A stretch of 63,403 bases of DNA, counting the filler, from Sphacelaria rigidula (taxonomy: Eukaryota): NCBI GenBank assembly GCA_964200075.2. It is 11 parts of 11 records of this genome, joined end to end, with 100 filler letters (N's around TTAATTAATTAA, not from the genome) between each part and the next. Parts side by side here need not be neighbours in the genome. Positions count along the whole stretch, not along the records: positions 46,185 to 51,857 come from CAXNAA020025379.1; positions 51,958 to 57,630 come from CAXNAA020025380.1; positions 57,731 to 63,403 come from CAXNAA020025381.1; 8 more parts are not named here. One strand, given 5' to 3'. This document shows, piece after piece, positions 51,094 through 63,360 of the stretch. Numbering within the stretch: the stretch's first letter is position 1; each line of letters starts with the position of its first letter. Both the position numbers and the translations under genes were made by a program. The notes under the pieces were generated by a model. It searched no databases, was not told the DNA's origin, and saw only the letters and a program-made list of their open reading frames with translations.

Positions 51094-51517
51094 TTACGCT
51101 ACACTGCGCCCAGGAGCAAACGACAGCTCCATAACGCATGCATGACAGGTCCTCTTAAAGGCATCGCTCGCTCCGGGAAGCCCATCACCTCTTCGTAACT
51201 TTTTTTTCGCCTGTTCCCATCTTTCGCCGGCTGGAACCACATACACCAACACACACCTATCCATCTCCAACTTGGAGGCAGTGGTCCAGTACTTCTCTAC
51301 TCTGTCCCCTTCCACAGTCTGCATGTCTGCAGACTTCATTTGGAAGAAATATATTATTTCGCTCGGCCCGTCCACACCGAACGAATCGATCGATTCAAAA
51401 GTCCGGCTGTTCGGCAAATAGTATGTCGAGATGTTGGAAGTCCTAGGATTTTTTTTCCCTCCAGATTGCTCCCGTCGCCCATCGAAATTCAAGCTTAATA
51501 GGCCCTCCCCCAACCAT
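51094..51517 (-). CDS. Terminal exon encoding a Crinkler/RHS-type restriction-endonuclease-fold (PD-(D/E)xK-like) domain
   Basis: Acceptor tttccctacag|. Reads YYLPNSRTFESIDSF...IIYFFQMKSA...VLVYVVP, matching the P-x3-F-x2-ID / FQ / (F/Y)VVP pattern of CRN/RHS C-terminal REase domains. Confidence 0.65.
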
Positions 51518-54500
51518 CTGTAGGGAAACCCACTTTAAACTCTCGTCCGCCGTCCCCCAGCTCGCCGGCGATGACACTGTGTGATACAAACGGAATATTG
51601 TTTGCCTTAATGGTCGTCCACAAGCATGTCTCTACTGTAAAAGTCGAGTACTAGAGCGAACAACAATAGCATTTCGGTCATGCAGGTTACGAGGTTTTGC
51701 TAGCTCATGCAAATATGACTTACTTTTACTATTATATATGGCTACACATTTCACCATTCCATTTGGCACAGTTCGATCTTACTATCATGTCAACATTCTA
51801 GCATCTGCTCGATGCTGGAATCAAACATCTTACTGTCTCACCGTTACTCTTGAAACANNNNNNNNNNNNNNNNNNNNNNNNNNNNNNNNNNNNNNNNNNN
51901 NTTAATTAATTAANNNNNNNNNNNNNNNNNNNNNNNNNNNNNNNNNNNNNNNNNNNNCGCTAGTGTTTCGCGTCTTCCCTGCAAGAGAGAAATGCCACTT
52001 CAACCCCATATCTTGTATCAACCCCATTTTCTAGGATCCACTGTATTACATACATTTACATGTGGAAATATACCAGAAGGTGGACGAAGATTTCTACAGT
52101 CAGTACGAACACGATCTTAAACGTGTACTGCGCACAGTGTGTTGTGTGTGTTCTTGTCCATCAATATTCTGGACGCCGGTCTCCACCTCTCGGTATATGT
52201 GAGCGGACCAGCCGCGGCTGTGTTACCATACAGCTTCGCCCAAGATACATACAGCGGTGGAGGCGGCCTTTCACTCCTGCGTGCGCCACCTCGGGCAAAT
52301 GCACCCTGTAGCTGCAACACGGACAGCTTTACAAAATGTGGCGTAGCAATATAGCGCGTAGAGAGGGGTGATATCCCGCGTACACCTTGGCCGCAGATAC
52401 AAGCGGCTGCGTTCATGATTTGACGAAATGCATAGGACAGCGCGAAATCAATGCAGGACAGGGATAAGCTAAGGATGTGACGTCCCGTGGCGTGCTTTGT
52501 CACTCTGCACCCTGCCGCTGTGGGCGGTAAACTTCATGTTGACATCAATGAACACGGCAAATATGTTGAGGGCGCGTATCATTTTAATCATGATGCGCGT
52601 CGTTTGTCCCCGACTCAAAGCGCTTCATGTTCAGGCCTGGATACTTTGTCTCGTTGGCCCAGCCTTTCGTGGTCACGGGCTAACTACCCCAATATAGGGT
52701 AAAATAAAGTCAAAAATCAAATCGGACCCAGGAACAATTCACACAGACGCGATACAACAAAATAAAAAAACGAATAAGAATGAAGGAGGAAAAGAAGAAG
52801 AAAAATACTGCTAACCCCTTAAGTTCCGATACCGTTTGCGACTATTCGGGGTACTGGAGGCAGGGCTCATTGGTCCATTCAACACGCGAAGCCAAATATG
52901 ATAATGGTTTCCGAAATAACTTGTCAGCAACTTGCGACAGCCATGCACAAACAGTTGTTGGGCCGTTCAGGCTGGTGAAGGTTTAGTATATGTCCCCTCC
53001 CGATGACAGCGTAAGGGCGCATCATTTTCCCAGACATGAAAGAATATTCTGCAAAGGTACGCTTACCGGAACTTTCCGCCAAATAAGCGAACGAAGTAGA
53101 GAAGCAAACAGCTGGAAGCGAGCGAAACAAAAACAAACATTCTGTATGGATCCGGGGCTGAATGAACGTCTTGTTGGCAGCGGACCGGTTTCGAGTGGTT
53201 TGTGCCGTCTTTTCTCGCGGGGCATAGGAGAAATTGATTGTACCAATTCGATGGAATTGAGAAATAAACAAACCATAGTGTTCGCTCAGAGCGTGCTCGC
53301 CATGTTTAAGTACAGCAATACAGAACAGAGGAAGAAACTCGACGGATCCACGGCGACAATGTTTCGTACGGAGTGATGCAACTTCGCGTCGTAAATACGG
53401 CTACACTGATGCATTCATGAGGACTACTGACCTGCGACAATCGTTTACCACCCAGGAAATACGCACGTAACTGTACAGTGATATTTTCCAGCTATTCGAT
53501 GTATGCTAAATTGTGGTTGTTGAAACTATTCTGCCTGTCCCTTAATCGACTACACGTTGTATCTTACATGTGTTCTATTCGCCACGGAAACGGTTCGGTT
53601 CACACAGATCGCATGATGCATCGCCTATTCTACGAGATGTTGAAGTTAACACAACACCAGGATATGAAGGTCAAGACACAATATTCCGGCAATACTAGGT
53701 GCAGCTGCTGACCTCGACACTGTTGTACACAGTCCCCCCTGATGTGAACCCGTAGGCAATACGCTTTTCGTTACCATGCGACTCTCATGCAATTACATGA
53801 TGGATAACGCACTGAGTCCGCCCTCGACTTCCGGAACCAGCTTCACACGCACATACACACACAACAACGACGAAATCTCTAGATCTCCTCCCCATCCGAC
53901 ATTGAGATTTTCTCTCACAGAACAGAGCCACAACTAACTCACTGCACCACTCCTCTATGATCATCGCCACGATACCACTTATTCTCTATGCACCACCACC
54001 CTCCCCAGTATACCACAAGAGCGTTTGTTCAATCATTCGCTACCGACCGCCCTTGTCACTTCCCCGCTCGTCACCGTGGCACCCTCATCGGCCGTCCCCA
54101 CCCTCACCACCTCCCTAGTCATCCGCACTTCCCCTTTTCCACCAGCTTCGGCTACCCCGGTTTCCAGCCCCCTAGCCCTTTTCCCACGGCCGCCACCGTC
54201 TCTTTGTCGTTCTAAGGGTGCCTGAGGGTCCACCGTCGTTGCCGCCGCTGGAGCCCCGGCCGGCTGTCCCACTGCGGTGGAACATGGTTTAGCGGCGGAG
54301 GCCGCGGCGGCGGCCTGGCACCTGCGCTTAAAATCCCAAGCGTTAATCATGACTGTTGCGTGTCGGGTGCTGAGCAGGACGTTGGCCCTGGCGTCACGGT
54401 GCAGCTGGGTTAGTCTCGACAGAGTGGACGATGCCTCGGGGGTTCCTGCGGCGATATCGGGTAGCTTCGTCAGATCAACGTCGGAACCTGAAAAGATCCA

Positions 54501-54547
54501 AGCATCGTCAAGTGAACAAACGATGGGCGCAATCCATCACGAGTCAG

Positions 54548-54821
54548 GAGTAGGCTCTTCAGTGTGGCACCGCAGTGACCGGTGTGTCGTCGGAAATACA
54601 GCATATGTATCCACTGTGGAAGCAAGGATTTTGGGAGTTGAACAGTCATGGGGGGGAGCAGGGAGGGCACACGTCTCTCCTTAGACATGGATGGGTTAAG
54701 GCCGTGTGTCGGCGTAGGGACTGTACTGTATTGGGTATCGTACCCTGTATTCCCAACTCCTCAGTTCGCTAAAAACGTAAATAAGCTTTCCTCCAGCGGA
54801 GCTTTGCTTTTTCTCGATCCT

Positions 54822-54859
<38 letters not shown>

Positions 54860-55191
54860 CTCCCCCCCCCCCCCCCCGACAACCAACCCCCCCTGCTCCT
54901 GACGCCNNNNNNNNNNAAAAAGCAAAATAGGTTTTCCCACAGGGGAGCTTTCCTTTTTCCCCCCCCCCCCCCCCCCCCCCCCCCTCCCCCCCCGCCGTCC
55001 GTGTTTCCCCCTTCAGCAGCAGGAGTCAGAAAAGAGGTTTCTACGGCGATCGCTCCATTTTATTTATAGCAAACGTTGCCAGCGTTGCCCTGTCTGTAGC
55101 AAGAACTTTATATACCAACCTCTTCGCCAGATTGAGAGTCTAGCATCTTATTGAGTAGGCTCTTCAGTGTGGCACCGCAGTGACCGGTGTG
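54548..55191. repeat. Perfect 39-bp direct repeat (54548-54586 and 55153-55191)
   Basis: gagtaggctcttcagtgtggcaccgcagtgaccggtgtg occurs twice, flanking 566 bp. Confidence 0.93.
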
Positions 55192-56806
55192 AGTTTGTCA
55201 GCCCATCTGCACTTGAATAAGACGTGAAAATGTTGCCGATTCCACAAACGGACCTTTGGCGCCAAAATGTGTCCATTCGTGGAATTGACATCATTTTCCC
55301 CTGGAGAGTCACTGCGTGACCCAGATTTGCAACCCTGGCGGTCAAAAGGAAGTTACATTTTGAAGAGTTAGCCGTTCCATATAGAATTCAAAATCAAACA
55401 AACACCTGCAGACCTGTTTTGAAATCGCGGCGAGGTAATATTCTACACTCGGATTCACCGTATTGATCGGAAAACGGTATTGAAATGCACACCAGTATGA
55501 GCGAGGTATAATCGGAAGAGTCTGAATGCACAGCGGTGCGTCGATAAGAGGCATGCTCCGATGGGTGACACCGTCATTTCCCTTCTTTTTATATTCGTCG
55601 AACGAAATACATCGTTTCCTATTAATTACCGTACAGCTAACGACTCAATATGAAACAAAATTATCAGTGACGTCACTCGTATTGACCGCTTGACCGCCAC
55701 GGTAGGTGACCTATTGAATCGGCACCCTTTACACTCGACCATCAGGCATATCAGCACTCCATACCTTGTTCGGAAACACAAAAAAGCGTCTTCCCACTAA
55801 AGTGCCATACTCAATCAAATGCTAGATACTTGATCTGGCAAACGCACTTGTTTTATGCGAATATACCCGTTCCCCGCCAATCCGAGGCCCAGACTAAGTT
55901 TTCTCGAAGCTGCGACGACGGCTGCTGTGCTTGGGCTGTGCATCGGGTGCCACGCCATTTAGCCGGCACGTGCGTTTGAAAACTCGGACAATGGAATGCA
56001 TATTCTCGCGCATGGCCACAATACTCTGCCGGGGAACACTTGTATCCATACCCGTTGCAGTCGTCTCAGGTTTTGTACATCCTGTTTCAAAATCGATTCA
56101 AGATCGCGTACAGTATGTATACCAAGTGGACGGGGCGCAGACATTTTGCGGGGGGAGTACCACGCGGAACGTTTCCCTCACGAGGGACGAATCCCGCGTT
56201 GGCTGAAATTTCGTGGCTGAGAGCGCCCCCGCTCTTTGGCCTAGTCCCTTTACGTTATTCAGAACGCCTACCACCCATCAAAAAGGTCCCTCCAGATTTC
56301 CCAACAACGATGCCCTCTCTGCGGTTCACGACTATCTCATTCTGCTGCAACAGTCGAGTAAACAACTGGGCGGGGCATTTTACGTGTCACTCCTGATTGC
56401 TCCGTTTTCGTCCGAAACATCCATCAAGGTGTTTCAATTCGTCGTTCGCGGCCCTTGTTTTATAAACGAATGCTCGTATTAATTCGAAGCACCGATATGT
56501 TTAGAGGTAACTGATATCACGATTATTCTGATCTTTAGTTCTAGATCGCTCACAGCGCAGCGGGGAAACTCGCCCCCCTCTCAGATCAGTACGTTAAACG
56601 TTACCTCTCTCAGCCCGCGCGCTCCACCACCGCCCGACTCCTCCTTGCACGAGGTCAGCGAAAAACATATTTCCAACACATACCCGTTGCCGCCGTACCG
56701 AGTTTTTGCGTTGGAGTCAGGCTACCAGCGTGAAGCTACACGAGTTATTTTCGTGTGTGCTGTGAAAAGTGTTCATCCGTGTGTGCTTTGACAAGGCAAA
56801 AGTCCA

Positions 56807-56935
56807 CACCTGCGTACACGAACAAATACGTTTTTCGTCTGAACAGACCACATTATTATAACTTCAAACTGCACCTGCGTACCTGAAAAAGTACGTTTTC
56901 CGTCTGAACAGCCCATAACAGAAACTTCAAACTGT
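56807..56935. repeat. Two-copy ~65-bp tandem repeat
   Basis: cacctgcgtac..gaa.aa.tacgtttt.cgtctgaacag.cc....aacttcaaactg occurs twice. Confidence 0.8.
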
Positions 56936-57267
56936 CAAAAATTCAAACTTCTGTAGAACTCCGATTTTAGTCGCGCGCTTCCTGTGATCCTCCATTTTAC
57001 CCACCTACAACACACACAACCAACACCGAAGTTCGCCGTTGAAACGCAAGACAGAGGAGAGATCGCAGCCCACCGGCAAGTCTAAGGCCCTTTTTGAGAT
57101 CGGCAACCCCGATTGGCCGTGCTTAGACCTCAAATCCTGCCCCGTACAACAGAAAACACACCATGATATTTCAGCCTTTTGTTTCAACACCTACCTGCGC
57201 ATCTCGCACACTGAAATCTCACAGGGTTTAGTCGGCTAGAAGTTCATTGTTTGCACAACAACAAAAT

Positions 57268-57630
57268 AACATAACATCATAAAAGGCACACACGCGATAA
57301 AACTCTCTTTCCTCTCACCTGTGTACCCACGGCTGTCCGTCTCCTCCGTGGGGTTACCGATAGACGGGCACCCGCCGACGTCTTGCAAACAGAGCTGGCA
57401 GAGGTGAGGGTGGTCCTTGCTCGGCTTGAGCATGGACACGGACACCTGCAAGGTGACTCTGTCCATGCTCAAGCCGAGCAAGGATCACCCTCACTTCTGC
57501 CAGCTTTGTTTGCAAGACGTCGGCGGGTGCCCGTCTATCGGTAACCCCACGGAGGAGACGGACAGCCGTGGGTACACAGGTGAGAGGAAAGAGAGTTTTA
57601 TCGCGTGTGTGCCTTTTATGATGTTATGTT
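57268..57630. repeat. Long near-perfect inverted repeat (171-bp arms, 21-nt spacer)
   Basis: 57268-57438 is the reverse complement of 57460-57630 with only 3 differences. The right arm is cut by the segment end. Confidence 0.97.
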
Positions 57631-58065
57631 NNNNNNNNNNNNNNNNNNNNNNNNNNNNNNNNNNNNNNNNNNNNTTAATTAATTAANNNNNNNNNNNNNN
57701 NNNNNNNNNNNNNNNNNNNNNNNNNNNNNNTTTCGTACCTTTCCTAGGCAAAAAACGAGAAGGTATACCTTTTCTAGGCCATTGCCCTTTTTTTTTCTTC
57801 ACTTCGTGCTTTAGTGTCGATTTGATGTATCTATGTTTGGGAGGAGAGATAGTGTTATTGTTGTTGTTGTTGTAGTTGTAGTTGTAGTTGTTACTGTTAT
57901 TGGTTACCACATTCGTCCCTTCCCAGTAGTCTAGCACCCGTTGTCACAAAGCCATGGCACAGAAACACAAAATACAAGGGAAACGTCATAACACACCCAC
58001 GAACAGGAAAGCATGGCATCCCCGAAAGGGCGGGATTCTATTCTACAAATGTGTCAGCCAAAGAA

Positions 58066-58117
<52 letters not shown>

Positions 58118-58767
58118 TGTACGTACGTTTCGAAGGAACGCACTGAGGTATGACAAGAAAATAATCGTCGGCTAAATGGTACGCGGACCATCGGAAGGTG
58201 AAGACGTCCAGAAAATAGGGAAACCACATAAGTCGGCACACCGAACAAGTCAAGACAGGGTGTGTGGGCTTTTTTCCGCTGCTTGTTTTTCATTGGCAGA
58301 GGTTGATGTGTTTTCGTGTGTGTGATTGCGTGTACACTATATATGTGGGTAAGATTATACGGGTACCATGCATAAACGAACAGCTACCCCATGTTTTGAT
58401 TAATGGATTGGCTCTTCTGTTAACGGTAGGTTGGTCAATTGATTGATTGATCGGTTCGTGACAGATGGATTGTCGTACGTTGACTGGTCCACTTACGAAT
58501 GCAGTCCGTGATTGGTCACACGCGATAGACTTGTGTGTACCTACCGACTCGAGGCAAATACACGGAAACGCTCACTGCTGTTGTGTGTTTAAAAGAAAGA
58601 CGGGATGCATATGTACTACAGTACTGTGTAAAAAATAGCTCTTGTTTCGACGTCTGTTCCCTGTCGTCGTTTATCGGCATGGGGTATGTTGGGTGTTTCT
58701 CTCATCTCTCTTTTGTTCTTGTTTTTCACCCGTGAAGAATAAAAACTTTTGGACTATGACTGCGCAA

Positions 58768-58905
58768 CACATACATAGATACGTATATCGATACATACGT
58801 AGATACATACATAGATACATGCATAGATACATAGATACATAGATACACACGTACATACGTACATACGTACAAACGTACAAAGGTAAAAAGGTACGTACAT
58901 ACATG
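58768..58905. repeat. Degenerate (ATAC/ATAG/GTAC)n tetranucleotide microsatellite
   Basis: Direct reading. Confidence 0.9.
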
Positions 58906-59552
58906 TAAAGTGTCATGCTACGATAGGGAGGTGTACTCATGATCTTGCATGCCGTAGGCACATGACCATTGACCTCGCATCCCTATATAGCCGGGACGGA
59001 GCACGCCGGGTTTTTGTTGGACCAGTCTAGCAACCAATTATCAAGCGCGAAGCGCCGTGATGTGTTCGGCGAGTCGCATTACGATGGGGGTGGGGGGCAG
59101 GTAGTTTTTATTTCTTCCACAAATTTTCACTTCAAATCGTCGTTGAAAGCAGCAAAGGCTGTTCGAACGGGCTTGTTACCGATAAATAACGTTCATTCAT
59201 GCTGCTTGACACTGTTTCTACTCAATGAGAAGCGCACCGCGAGTATGCTAGGTCGTCTGACATACTATTAGCATTTGTTTTCGTGGAATCAAGCCCTCCC
59301 CTCTCTCTCCCCCCCCTGTCGTAGCTCTGTCTCGAAATGGATGCGTGGCCAATGGTCGAACGAGTAACGCAAGCAAAAAATGAGTACGCCCCCTACTATC
59401 GTGGCATGACTATAAACAAATGAACAAATACACAAATAAGTGAATTAAATAGTGTACCGTTCATGTCTTTGATTTTTGTGCATAGCCGGGTTTGATGGTC
59501 TTCGTCTCAGCTTTGCTTTTGCGCCCCCTTTTTATTATTTTTATTTTGCTAG

Positions 59553-61919
59553 CGAGGTGCTGGTGGTGTCCTTCCCGGCCGGCAGCATGGGCCTCACCCT
59601 GACAAAGGAAATCACTGGGGGCTGTCACGTCACGAAAGTTGTGCCGGGAGGCGTTGCCCAGTCCAGGGGGGTTATGCTAGGCCAACGGGTGTGCGGTGAG
59701 GTCCTTTGGTCGCTCTAGTCGTACACACGTCGAATTGTAAGGACTGTCCTGATGAAATAGCGAATAAATCCTCGGTGAAAGTCTTGTTTTGTTTTTGTTT
59801 TTGTTTTTGTTTTTGTTGAGCCATGATCCATTTTAACATGCCCTCCCCCGTCCTCGAGACGAGTCCGTAGTCTTGAGGGATCAATTGACTCCGCCGTCAC
59901 TTTGCTTTCCTGTCATTTTTTTTGGTGAACTTTCGGTCATTATGACGATGTTGATGATGATGATGATGATGACGATGTTGATGATGATGATAATGATCAT
60001 CATCATCATCATCATCATTATCGTGGTCATAATCAATACCACAGTCATGAATCACAATTATTATTACAATACTATACAAGGAGAAATTCTACAGCGATAG
60101 TGACAGCAAGAATAATAGCTCAAAAATAGTCATACGATTGACATGACAAGACGATTATATATCCCCAACATGACCAGCGGTGAACGGCCAGCCCAGCGGC
60201 ACTTACGAGCAGACGATGGCAATCATCGCGGGTTCGCCGAGGCCGATCAGCATCAGCTTCCTCAACAGTGCAGGCACGCGAGCGGGCGTCGGCATCGGCA
60301 GCAACGGCGTTCGAGGCCCTGCAGGCATAGGCCATCCCGCCCAAAGCTGGGTGAGCAGCAGCGGGGAGAATCGAATGGATGATCACTGACGCACTTACAG
60401 TTTTTCACACCCTGAACAATATATGGTCAACATATGCAATAGACGAGAAGTGTACTGCATGAAGTATAAGCCTATTGCAACTATTGCCGGCCGACAATAG
60501 TCACAATAGGCCTATACTTTATGCAGTACGTTTCTTGTCTATTGCATATATTGACCATGTATTGTCCAAGGTGTACAGTTTTTATTTATTTTCTTTTTCT
60601 CAAATCCGATTATGGGTTACATTAAACTACCTCTCATCTTGAGTAACCCGGTATATCTGAATTAAGACTGGAAAATTTGACAAGTATTCTGATTCTGGCT
60701 CTGATTTTGTTTTTGATTCTGATTTTGATTACGATCACGATTGTGATCACGATTGTGATCACGATTTTGAATACGATTTTGGATACGATCTTGGATAAGA
60801 TCTTGATGCGATTTTGAACACGAGTTTGATTACAATCTTGATTGTGATATTGATTTCGATTTGATTACGGCAGTCAACGTTCGAATCCTTCCTTCGCTTG
60901 AGCGGAACTTTTCGCGCACTGTTTTGTTAATTTTTCACTAGAGATATCTGCAATTAATGGGTCTGGGTTGGAGGAAAAACCCGTACCCAGAAATCATGTC
61001 CCAATTCTGGTACTGTTAACGCAATGTGTAGAAGAAAACCCATTCTGGTGTGGGGGTGTCATCTGACCGTGCTTTACTCCAGAAACACGGGAGTTTGGCT
61101 GCAGCTTTACAAGGGTAGGAATGAAGAAATACTTGGGTCATGCGATCTTCCATCGCAATCGGGATTGGTTCGATCGAACAGAAATTTCAAAGAGCCTTCA
61201 CCTGGGCCTGTGTGCTCAGGACCCTCGACGACCGGTGAGACCGTTAGTCGTTCAAAACATCATTCGATCATCGGAGTGATTTTCCTGCTTAAATATGAAA
61301 CATGTGTTGCGCAGTAACATTTCTCGATCCCGCCGAAAACTTTGGAATCAAATGTTACTCTGTGGTTGGTGGGTCGTGGTAGACGGGAGTATGTGGAGAA
61401 GTCGCTTTCAAACGAAAACGAACCGGCCGATGTTGACAATCACATGATGAAGATCATCACTACGATGATGATGATGATGATGATGTGGAGAATCACTAGC
61501 AAAAGCAACAAGTCCTACAAGAGTGGAGCCTGCTGTAGAGAAGAAAGCGCTTTCTTGTCAAGATAACTTGTGAAACTGGTGGAATTGTTGTAGTAGTGGT
61601 GTTGATTTTGTTTTGCTTCGAACCGTTTCATTTCGGTTGTTTTCATTTTGTGTCTCGTTTAATTCTTTTGTCCAACGTTATTCTCGCGATTTTGTTCTGA
61701 ATTGAATAAAAAACATGGCTTCATCAGGGTATAGTAGTTAATCCCCCCCCGCGCGCGCCTCCGCTTTCCCCCTCCCATGCCCGCCTCGGTGTCGCCCACC
61801 CCGTGGCCTGGCTGCAGACGGATGTGGGAATGATCGCGACAGTTGGACTGATGGATGCTGCAAACGCCGTGGCCTCGGAGTGGGGAATCGGAACGCAGAC
61901 TGCCGGTGTTCTTGACCAG
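59553..61919 (+). CDS. PDZ-domain protein, three internal exons (59553-59695, 60178-60350, 61818-61919)
   Basis: EVLVVSFPAGSMGLTLTKEITGGCHVTKVVPGGVAQSRGVMLGQRVC|AVNGQPSGTYEQTMAIIAGSPRPISISF is a complete PDZ fold across a phase-1 GT-AG intron. The third exon (TDVGMIATVG...VLDQ) is phase 0/0 and less certain. Confidence 0.85.
60406..60575. mobile_element. Foldback MITE (hAT-like), copy B, in the PDZ gene intron
   Basis: ~70-bp imperfect TIRs (cacaccctgaacaatatatggtcaacatatgcaatagac... / ...gtctattgcatatattgaccatgtattgtccaaggtgta) flanked by a perfect 8-bp direct repeat cagttttt. Confidence 0.85.
60685..60870. repeat. Degenerate hexamer minisatellite (GATTTT/GATTCT/GATCAC/GATTGT)
   Basis: 6-bp periodicity of GAT. 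Confidence 0.85.
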
Positions 61920-62034
61920 GTCGGTCCCGAGAGGCAACTTGTGGTCATTATCCAATGTTACTGTTGGTATTGATAATCATGATCATGATGATGTTGTGGT
62001 TGTTGTGCGATTGTTGCACAGTACTCTCAGGTCG

Positions 62035-63000
62035 GGGGGCGGGGGGCGCACTCATTTGTTGCTTACCTTAGTCGTCTGACCATTGACCACGCATCCCTTT
62101 CGAGACGGACCACCGTTCCTACTTCCAATAGAGACACCTCCAACATCTAGGTGCTCATCACGTTTCTTCCATATATCATTTACATATCTTATCCTCGTCC
62201 TATTTCGCCTTCTGTGGCCACCATCAATCTCCTAGTATAGCCATCGTTTTCTCCCTACTGTCACATGCATCAGACGATTTCATGCCATGCTCGTTCACGT
62301 CCCACATTTCCCTCTCCAGCACGTCCCGTTTCTCCTTGTATTGTTCACATTTTGCCACTATATGACTTATGTTCTCTACTGCTTCACCACAGGAGCAATT
62401 CCGTTCGTCTACTTCTCCCTCCTTCCGACTACTGGTATATCTCTTTCTTCTTTCTGGCAGGTCCAGGTCCCCCACCCGACATCGCAGTTTCATATTTTTC
62501 GCAGCGTCCATGGGGCCATGCAAATATGTTTTCATCTCAATCCGCTCTCTCAACTAACTGTATATCTTCAGGTGTTCTTCCTCGTCTACCCTGCGTCTTG
62601 GTGCTTTTTTTTGTCATGCCTCTTACTCTTGTCTTCTACCCCGTACCTCCACTTATGGACAGTATTTCGTCTTGGTTTCCTCCGATCCCCTTCCATACTT
62701 TCTCGGCTTCTCTATCACACCTTATTCCAGCCCTGCCCTTTTGTCATATTTTCCATACAGCGCTAGCAGCTATGGCTGACAATGTCTTTCGCTGCATATT
62801 CTGTACACTATATTGCCCCTTGAATTTCCTCATGTCTCTGTTTTAAGTGAGTACATTCCCAACTCTGCTCTCAATACCGTATTACTCGTCGTTTTCGAGC
62901 ATCCAAGTGTTTTCTTAGCTGCTGCCGTATGTACTGTTTTCAACTTCTTCATCAATTTCACGTTCCCCTCTCATACTTCTCCTGCATATTCCAAGTATCC
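62035..63000 (-). mobile_element. Non-LTR retrotransposon (LINE) ORF2 3' end, 5'-truncated and degenerate
   Basis: Post-RT region LGCSKTTSNTVLRAELGMYSL, MKLRCRVGDLDL and C-terminal CCHC finger CSCGEAVENISHIVAKC. Ends ...DVGGVSIGSRNGGPSRKGCVVNGQTTKVSNK* followed by a C-rich tail. Confidence 0.88.
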
Positions 63001-63079
63001 AGGGGCACGTCTCTGAGGGTCACGTCCTGCCCATCTGTGCCTTGCCCTTTTCTATTACTTCATTTTAATCATAGTCATC

Positions 63080-63360
63080 TGACCATTGATTTCGCATCCC
63101 TACAAAGCCGGGACCGAGCACGCCGGGTTTTCGCCAGACCAGGCTCGCAATCAACCAAGAGTGTGGGGAGGGGGGGGGCGTACTCATTCGTTGCTTGCCG
63201 TAGTCGTTTGACCATTGACCACGCACCCCTTTCGAGACGGGGCACGTGAGGGAAGGGGGGCGTAGTCATTTATTGCTTGCCTTGGTCGTTTGACCATTGA
63301 CCACGCATCCCTTTCGAGATGGAGCACCGTTCCTACTCCTAATAAAGACACCTCCAACAT
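63080..63360 (-). repeat. Three stacked LINE 3'-end fragments
   Basis: gaccattga..(a/t)cgca.ccct occurs at ~63081, ~63210 and ~63292. The last copy matches 62078-62148 over ~70 bp. Confidence 0.85.

Noticed and set aside
57236..57686. Pair of near-identical ORFs on opposite strands as two genes
   Set aside because: A direct consequence of the palindrome.
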